From IMG/VR virus record IMGVR_UViG_2681813261_000023: a stretch of DNA of 4,182 nucleotides; one strand, written 5' to 3'. The notes under the pieces are model-generated. The model was given only the letters and a program-made list of their open reading frames with translations. It ran no database searches and was not told the origin of the DNA. The stretch is from a virus. Taxonomy: Duplodnaviria; Heunggongvirae; Uroviricota; Caudoviricetes. A program made the translations under genes and the position numbers. This document shows, piece after piece, positions 1 to 4,182 of this stretch (position 1 is its first letter; each line of letters starts with the position of its first letter).

Positions 1-135
1 GCAAACATGGGCTGGCAAAAGTGTAGCGGTATTAAGCGCAGCTATTTACATCAGGATCTAAACTAAAGTATTCTTCAGGTGATAAGCCTCTTTTGTTAAC
101 CATCTTACAAAAGTACTTTAATTCGATATCACCTC

Positions 136-435
136 TTACTTTTTTTCTACTTCATCTACAGGTTTCGCAGTATTGATTAAAGCAATAATTGCTGAGTAAA
201 TTTCATTCTGGATTACAAAATCAATAGAGTTAACATTAATTCGTCCATCAATATCTTCTTCTGCGAAGATAGGATCACCATTTTCATCTTTTACACATAG
301 GATTAGAGTTTTAGCCACATCAGTGCATTTCTGGAAATCCTGACCATTTGGACGATGAATAAAGATGATTTCACCCATTACTTCATGTGGTTTTAATTCT
401 GGTTGTAGTTTTTTCTTCAATTCGTTTAAATTCAT
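136..435 (-). CDS. hypothetical acidic protein (99 aa); position after the tube gene suggests a tail assembly chaperone-like protein
   Basis: The ORF track frame 136..447 begins at a TTG. GGAG (445..442) sits 6 nt upstream of ATG 435..433 and is too close to ATG 441, so start 435 is preferred (MNLNELKKKLQ...). The protein is small, Glu/Asp-rich, and its last sense codons form an A_AAA_AAG heptamer. No family motif recognised by eye. Confidence 0.6.
   Translation of the reverse strand: MNLNELKKKLQPELKPHEVMGEIIFIHRPNGQDFQKCTDVAKTLILCVKDENGDPIFAEEDIDGRINVNSIDFVIQNEIYSAIIALINTAKPVDEVEKK
139..145 (-). promoter_or_regulatory. candidate -1 ribosomal frameshift (or transcriptional slippage) site A_AAA_AAG immediately before the stop codon
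   Basis: The minus-strand reading is GAA AAA AAG TAA (147..136). The heptamer A AAA AAG is in the X_XXY_YYZ register of the zero frame (dnaX-type). The -1 frame continues for 35 codons (VRGDIELKYFCKMVNKRGLSPEEYFSLDPDVNSCA) to TAA at 34..32. Confidence 0.25.
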
Positions 436-445
436 TTTCATCTCC

Positions 446-478
446 AATAAAAAAGGGAAAGTTGAGCACCTTCCCTTT
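446..478 (-). terminator. probable rho-independent terminator/attenuator downstream of the tube-like gene
   Basis: On the minus-strand RNA, AAAGGGAAGGU (478..468) pairs with ACUUUCCCUUU (462..452) as an 11-bp stem with one G-U pair around the loop GCUCA. It is immediately followed by UUUAUU (451..446). It starts 8 nt after the TAA stop (489..487) and is directly followed by GGAG and the next start codon. Confidence 0.45.
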
Positions 479-486
479 ATTTATTA

Positions 487-966
487 TTATTCGCCCGATT
501 CTGGTTTTGGAGTAATCAGACCTGAATCAATTGCTTCACCATCAACTGCAAGGGTGAAAGTCTTAGTTACTACTTCATCTTTATCACCACCGATAGTGGT
601 ACTTGAAACAAAGCAGGTATAAATTACAAAGAAACCTTCTTTTTTAGTTGCATCGGTAAAATAGCTTAGTTTTACCTGACAACGTTTCTGATCGTCTGCA
701 AGTTGTTCTAAATTCTGATGTACTGCATTATCTGGTAAGTAGTTAACTGCAAGAGAAATGTCCGGGATTGACTTAGTACCCAATAGCTTACGATCATAAG
801 CATTATTGAATGTTTTTACGCTAATTACAGTACTTTCAAAGCCTGAAGTACTGAAGGTGTTTACCTCTGGTACTTCTACAAAGTCAGTAGCAACTGTTTT
901 ACCAGCACTTGAACCTACTTCTACAGTAAGGTTAGCACCGGAAAAAATATCCATAGCCATAGCCAT
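487..966 (-). CDS. major tail (tube) protein-like protein, 159 aa
   Basis: ORF with ATG 966..964 preceded by AAGGA (980..976) at 9-nt spacing. The N-terminus has three ATGs (MAMAMDIFSG); the third (954..952) matches the start of the paralogue. Sequence patterns (N-terminal beta-strand LTVEV, SLAVNYLPDN...HQNLEQL..., VVTKTFTLAV) resemble, from memory, the N-domain of lambda gpV-type siphovirus tail tube proteins. Size is also appropriate for a tube protein. Confidence 0.75.
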   Translation of the reverse strand: MAMAMDIFSGANLTVEVGSSAGKTVATDFVEVPEVNTFSTSGFESTVISVKTFNNAYDRKLLGTKSIPDISLAVNYLPDNAVHQNLEQLADDQKRCQVKLSYFTDATKKEGFFVIYTCFVSSTTIGGDKDEVVTKTFTLAVDGEAIDSGLITPKPESGE

Positions 967-979
967 AGTTTTATATCCT

Positions 980-1016
980 TATAAGAAAATTTTATTGGAG
1001 TGAATCCGTTCACCCC
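980..1016 (-). terminator. hairpin followed by a U-rich tract between the fiber gene and the tube-like gene (weak intrinsic terminator or RNA processing/stability element)
   Basis: On the minus-strand RNA, GGGGUGAA (1016..1009) pairs with UUCACUCC (1004..997) as an 8-bp stem with one G-U pair around the tetraloop CGGA. It is followed by AAUAAAAUUUUCUU. The U-tract does not abut the stem, hence low confidence. Confidence 0.3.
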
Positions 1017-1024
1017 GTTTATAT

Positions 1025-3676
1025 TTATTTATTATTTAATAGCTGTTGTACTAAATCTTTTAGCTGATTAATTTCTTCTTGTTGGGCTTGAATAGCTCCC
1101 ATCAAGTCCATCACTATTGGATTTAAATCAACACGTGGATGATCACGAGTGACAATCTCCCCTTCTATTTCAACTGTTTCTTCATCATGCTTAATGTACT
1201 GCGGAGCAGTCAACTCAGCATCTTCGGCGATAACACCAAACCTAACCCTTTCTTGTTCATCATCCTTGTAGATAAACGTTACTAAATCTTGTGACATTAT
1301 CCGATCTAATGCTTCAACTGGATTTGCTGGAGTTATGTCTCTTTTAAACTCACGACCTGATGTACCTTGAGCTTGCATTACTAACCATCCAAACCATGTT
1401 GTACCGTTCCCGCCTCGTACTCTTAAAGTACCACCACCGTCTATCTGAAGCTGAGAGCGATTTGCCCCTGGGTGTCTTTGCATGTGCAATAAAGGGGAAT
1501 ATTTTTCACTATAGTTAATACCTGAGTCACCTGGCCCTGCATACATACCGTTAAAGGTGATGGTATTGGCATCTGTCGGTCCCGAAACAGCGGTATTAGT
1601 CATCCATCCTGATTGAACATCAGTTAGGATCGTTCCAGTCGGCCCTTTTAGCCCCCATAGTTTATCCTCTGCACCATTTTCAGAAATAAAAAGGGTGAGA
1701 TCAGCCTGTCCAGTCTGTCCCATCGTTTTACCAACCCGAAAACCACCAGATATTTCAGTTGATGTACCAATGTTGCATATCGAACGAATACGCCCTCCAG
1801 TTACATAACTACCAATTGCCGTAGAGGAAGGGGAAGAAGCAATAACATCCCATTGAGGACTAACTGAAGTACGACTACTCAGCAAGTTTTCAACCCAGCG
1901 TTTGGTAGTCGCGTCAGAATCAGAGACAGGATCTCCTGCTAAAGAAGTTGCACCCGTAGGACGAATCGCAGGCCATAACTCAGCCTGAGTCTTAACACCA
2001 GTACCGCCCTGCGGAATTGCTAATGCTTTCCAGCCAGTGAAAGCACCCGCAATATATGTAGCTGAACCCCATTGCCCTCCATCATAAACCACTAATGCAG
2101 CGGAAGAATCAGCGGATTTAATAGTTGTTAAATTACTACCTTGATTAAAGCGATCCACCTGAAAGTTTAGGCGAGCACTCAAAGCATCTGTAGCCCCTGT
2201 CCCCCCCTGACCTATACCTAAAGCAATCCATCCAGTACCAGTACTTGCACCCCATGCCCCGTTATCCTGAATTCGGATACGGTTAGTCAGGTCATTACTC
2301 ATCAGATCGGTGTACGTAGCACCCTGAGTCAAACGGTTCACCTGTAGGTTAGTACGTGCTGTAGAGAGACTGGATAGATCAGAAAGGTTACTCGCTTTCT
2401 TCATGGAAGCGGAATCAAGGGAAGTAATACTGTCAGCTAAAGCCGTTACCTCTGCATCTACTTCATCCATTGAGTAAACAGCAAGGTTAATACGTGCTTC
2501 TTCCACGTCCCCCAGATCACTTAGATTACCTGCTATCGTAAGCTGGGCATCATCTGTAACCTTCCCTAAGCCAACATCAGTACTGGTAAGTACTACATCC
2601 TCACTGAGTACATGACCGTTGACCATACGTGTATCAGGTACTGAACCTGTATCTTCACTACTCAGTACTACATTTTCACTAAGTACATGACCGTTCACTG
2701 TACGCGTGTCAGGTACTGAACCTGTATCTTCACTACTCAGTACTATATCTTCACTGAGTACATGACCATTAACTGTCCGTGTATCTGGTACAGAGCCGGT
2801 ATCAGTACTGGTAAGTACTACATCCTCACTTAGAGGCTTACCATTCACAGTACGTGTATCAGGTACTGAACCTGTATCTTCACTGTTCAGTACTAAATTG
2901 GCCGTGAGTGCATGGCCGTTGATGGTACGTGTAAGGGGTACGTATCGCCCGTCCATCTGTGTAGCGGTATATATGCGTGTCCAGGCGGTTGTAGCGTTCT
3001 TTGCATAGATACTTAGAGTACCCGTCTTTGTCATCGCAAGAGAACTTACAGTAGTGCCATCTACAAGCCCTACTCCCATCAGATCCGCCCCGGCAGGATT
3101 GCCTGCTTGAGATGATGGTACTTTGATGAAGCTGTTACCCGTAGGTACTGATGGTGAGTACTGAGGTACATCCGTAGTGTTCGAACCTAAACCGTAGTCC
3201 CCCTGATAGATTGGCGATAGTGCGTTAATGGTCATTGCACGTGCGATCACATCATGTGGGGCAAAACTGTATGCCTTGGTTACTACTGAACCTTTATCAC
3301 CGTCCAACTTATAAGAGGTGATATAACCATTCACCATCGCATAAGTAATGGTATTTTCATCCTTATTCATCTGGTACTGAATGATGATCTGGAAAAGCTG
3401 CTGAGACTTAGCGGCATTATCCAAGAATTGATGTGTAGGATCATCAGGTAGGTAGTTAACTACAATATCAAATGGTGCTACTGATTTATCAGATAGTAGT
3501 ACTGTCCTGTAATCACTATCATACGTTTCAAAATTATTTGCTTCTGAATTTATTGTTAAGGTTGGAAAAGTATTAATCTGTTTAATTACTACATTGCCTG
3601 CTCCCTGTGGTGTTCTGTTACCAATATCAGCATTATACTGTACTGATAATTCTCTTCCTGAGAAAATATCACTCAT
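1025..3676 (-). CDS. tail fiber-like protein (883 aa) with N-terminal tail-tube-like domain, tandem fiber repeats and C-terminal intramolecular chaperone (peptidase S74-like) domain
   Basis: Uninterrupted 2,652-nt ORF. ATG 3676..3674 is preceded by AAGGA (3689..3685) at 8-nt spacing. Residues 1-145 align at about 30% identity with the adjacent 159-aa protein. Residues 249-373 are five tandem 25-aa repeats (TRTVNGHVLSEDVVLSSEDTGSVPD-like). Residues 374-575 carry recurring GGTG...AR.NL.V motifs typical of phage fiber shafts. Residues 771-883 (GTSGREFKRDITP...FGVIAEDAE...VDLNPIVMDLMGAIQAQQEEINQLK) match the pattern I recall for the self-cleaving C-terminal chaperone of tailspikes and fibers (Ser, then Lys five residues later, ...FGVIAqe..., C-terminal helical tail). 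Confidence 0.85.
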   Translation of the reverse strand: MSDIFSGRELSVQYNADIGNRTPQGAGNVVIKQINTFPTLTINSEANNFETYDSDYRTVLLSDKSVAPFDIVVNYLPDDPTHQFLDNAAKSQQLFQIIIQYQMNKDENTITYAMVNGYITSYKLDGDKGSVVTKAYSFAPHDVIARAMTINALSPIYQGDYGLGSNTTDVPQYSPSVPTGNSFIKVPSSQAGNPAGADLMGVGLVDGTTVSSLAMTKTGTLSIYAKNATTAWTRIYTATQMDGRYVPLTRTINGHALTANLVLNSEDTGSVPDTRTVNGKPLSEDVVLTSTDTGSVPDTRTVNGHVLSEDIVLSSEDTGSVPDTRTVNGHVLSENVVLSSEDTGSVPDTRMVNGHVLSEDVVLTSTDVGLGKVTDDAQLTIAGNLSDLGDVEEARINLAVYSMDEVDAEVTALADSITSLDSASMKKASNLSDLSSLSTARTNLQVNRLTQGATYTDLMSNDLTNRIRIQDNGAWGASTGTGWIALGIGQGGTGATDALSARLNFQVDRFNQGSNLTTIKSADSSAALVVYDGGQWGSATYIAGAFTGWKALAIPQGGTGVKTQAELWPAIRPTGATSLAGDPVSDSDATTKRWVENLLSSRTSVSPQWDVIASSPSSTAIGSYVTGGRIRSICNIGTSTEISGGFRVGKTMGQTGQADLTLFISENGAEDKLWGLKGPTGTILTDVQSGWMTNTAVSGPTDANTITFNGMYAGPGDSGINYSEKYSPLLHMQRHPGANRSQLQIDGGGTLRVRGGNGTTWFGWLVMQAQGTSGREFKRDITPANPVEALDRIMSQDLVTFIYKDDEQERVRFGVIAEDAELTAPQYIKHDEETVEIEGEIVTRDHPRVDLNPIVMDLMGAIQAQQEEINQLKDLVQQLLNNK
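1028..1357 (-). other. C-terminal intramolecular chaperone / autoproteolytic domain (aa 774-883), peptidase S74-like
   Basis: The putative catalytic Ser773 (TCA, 1360..1358) and Lys778 (AAA, 1345..1343) have the Ser-x4-Lys spacing I recall for endosialidase-type chaperone domains. They are followed by ITP...ALD...FIYKDD...RFGVIAEDAE...VDLNPIV..L.GAIQA.QEEINQLK, resembling the family consensus. Confidence 0.7.
1952..2266 (-). repeat. divergent internal duplication of a Gly/Trp-rich GGTG module (aa 471-575)
   Basis: The peptide segments DNGAWGASTGTGWIALGIGQGGTGATDALSARLNF and DGGQWGSATYIAGAFTGWKALAIPQGGTGVKTQAELWPAI align. DNA similarity is low, so this is an old duplication seen at protein level only. 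Confidence 0.45.
2558..2932 (-). repeat. five in-frame tandem repeats of 75 bp (25 aa) inside the fiber gene
   Basis: A 40-nt block (gtatcaggtactgaacctgtatcttcactactcagtacta) recurs on the plus strand at about 2631, 2706 and 2857, with a diverged copy at 2781. A second block (tactggtaagtactacatcctcact) recurs at 2581 and 2806, i.e. 3 x 75 apart. The encoded peptide units are residues 249-273, 274-298, 299-323, 324-348 and 349-373. Confidence 0.9.
3242..3676 (-). other. N-terminal tail-tube-like domain of the 883-aa protein (aa 1-145), paralogous to the 159-aa protein
   Basis: Pairwise alignment by eye: MSDIFSGRELSV vs MDIFSGANLTV; NTF; Y..LL.KS.PD; VNYLPDD vs VNYLPDN; HQ.L; GDKGSVVTKAYSFA vs GDKDEVVTKTFTLA. 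The VNYLPD codons are nearly identical at DNA level (3443..3460 vs 730..747, 16 of 18 nt). Confidence 0.65.
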
Positions 3677-3693
3677 CCTTTATATCCTTTTAG

Positions 3694-4086
3694 TTATCTT
3701 GTCTTTTCCGTAACTTGAATATTTATCGTAAAGGATAGGGAAACCGAGCCAGTTATAGGATCTGTGACAATATCGGATTGTTCATAAGAACACGAAAGCA
3801 TTATTAAACCTGCATCACTGAATGCTGAAGTTTTCTCTTTATCAAAAGTACTAATAATCTGATCATAAGTGATGGATGGGGCTGTATTACCTGATTCTGG
3901 TTTAGGGGAAATCAGATACTGAATTGCAAAGTTACCTGCCCGGCGTTCATTGCTGAAACTTAAACTCGTTAATGAGTAATCAAAAGCAATTTGTTCAAAT
4001 ACATCAACATCACGTGATACTGTCAGATTCTTAGTAGCATTGATAAGCTGCTTCATCGTATTCCGTACTTTTTGTACTAACATCAT
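3694..4086 (-). CDS. hypothetical small protein (130 aa); size and position suggest a tail terminator / tail completion-type protein
   Basis: The ORF track gives an open frame 3694..4158 (-) whose first codon is GTG at 4158 with no Shine-Dalgarno. The ATG at 4086..4084 is preceded by AGAGGA (4100..4095) at 8-nt spacing, so the 130-aa form MMLVQKVRNT... is preferred. Stop TAA 3696..3694 lies 17 nt upstream of the next start. No family motif recognised by eye; function is inferred only from size and position immediately upstream of the tube-like genes. Confidence 0.55.
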   Translation of the reverse strand: MMLVQKVRNTMKQLINATKNLTVSRDVDVFEQIAFDYSLTSLSFSNERRAGNFAIQYLISPKPESGNTAPSITYDQIISTFDKEKTSAFSDAGLIMLSCSYEQSDIVTDPITGSVSLSFTINIQVTEKTR

Positions 4087-4182
4087 ATTAGTAGTCCTCT
4101 GCAAATGAAGCACCAGCAGAATGGATTTGCCCCTATATTTCCAGACATCTGTTATCACTTAACCCATTACAAGCCCGCTGCC

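Noticed and set aside
1-135. Possible start of the next gene (tape-measure-like) or a long frameshift extension in the final 135 bp
   Set aside because: The -1 frame from the slippery site stops after 35 codons. An ATG at 8..6 opens a frame running off the window but has no recognisable ribosome-binding site. A strong Shine-Dalgarno-like AAGAGGTGA at 137..129 has no good start codon downstream. Too little sequence to call a gene.
436-447. TTG at 447 or ATG at 441 as start of the 99-aa gene
   Set aside because: The only Shine-Dalgarno-like element (GGAG 445..442) overlaps or abuts these codons. ATG 435 has the correct 6-nt spacing.
365-622. Plus-strand ORF of 85 aa from the six-frame track
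   Set aside because: It lies antisense across the end of the 159-aa gene, the intergenic hairpin and the start of the 99-aa gene. It has no ribosome-binding site, and its low-complexity translation is typical of a spurious antisense frame.
806-1003. Plus-strand ORF of 65 aa from the six-frame track
   Set aside because: It lies antisense to the 5-prime end of the tube-like gene and its upstream region. It has no ribosome-binding site and no recognisable features, so it is most likely a shadow ORF.
978-1004. Sigma70-type promoter upstream of the tube-like gene
   Set aside because: The candidate hexamers (TTCACT and TATAAG) have a 15-nt spacer and overlap the ribosome-binding site. In AT-rich DNA such matches arise by chance, so it is kept only as a hypothesis within a finding, not as a feature.
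2558-2932. Tandem direct repeats as a possible CRISPR array
   Set aside because: The repeats are contiguous 75-bp units with no spacers, lie in frame inside a long ORF, and encode a repeated peptide. They are coding repeats, not CRISPR.
4087-4158. Longer 154-aa form of the first gene starting at GTG 4158
   Set aside because: There is no Shine-Dalgarno upstream of the GTG, whereas the ATG at 4086 has AGAGGA at ideal spacing. The extra 24 residues may instead overlap the end of an upstream gene, since a TAA at 4161..4159 closes another frame. Not excluded, only less likely.

Overview
The 4,182-bp window is AT-rich (roughly 40% GC by eye) and is coded almost end to end on the minus strand by four tightly spaced, co-directional genes. 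It reads as part of a siphovirus-type (lambda-like, non-contractile) tail module from a phage, prophage or phage-tail-like particle. In transcription order the genes are a 130-aa small protein (3694..4086), an 883-aa fiber-like protein (1025..3676), a 159-aa tail-tube-like protein (487..966) and a 99-aa acidic protein (136..435). The most unusual feature is that the first ~145 residues of the 883-aa protein are a clear paralogue of the adjacent 159-aa tube-like protein. The rest of that protein is fiber-like: five tandem 25-aa/75-bp repeats, GGTG...AR.NL shaft motifs, and a C-terminal peptidase-S74-like intramolecular chaperone domain with a putative Ser773/Lys778 dyad. Other signals are terminator-like hairpins in both intergenic gaps, a shared translation-initiation context for the two paralogues, an A_AAA_AAG slippery heptamer abutting the stop codon of the 99-aa gene, and an I(S/T)PKPESG peptide shared by two neighbouring proteins. 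I found no rRNA, tRNA, CRISPR array, transposase or integrase. All functional calls come from reading the translated ORFs and recalled family patterns; no database search or folding computation was run, so family names are hypotheses to confirm.
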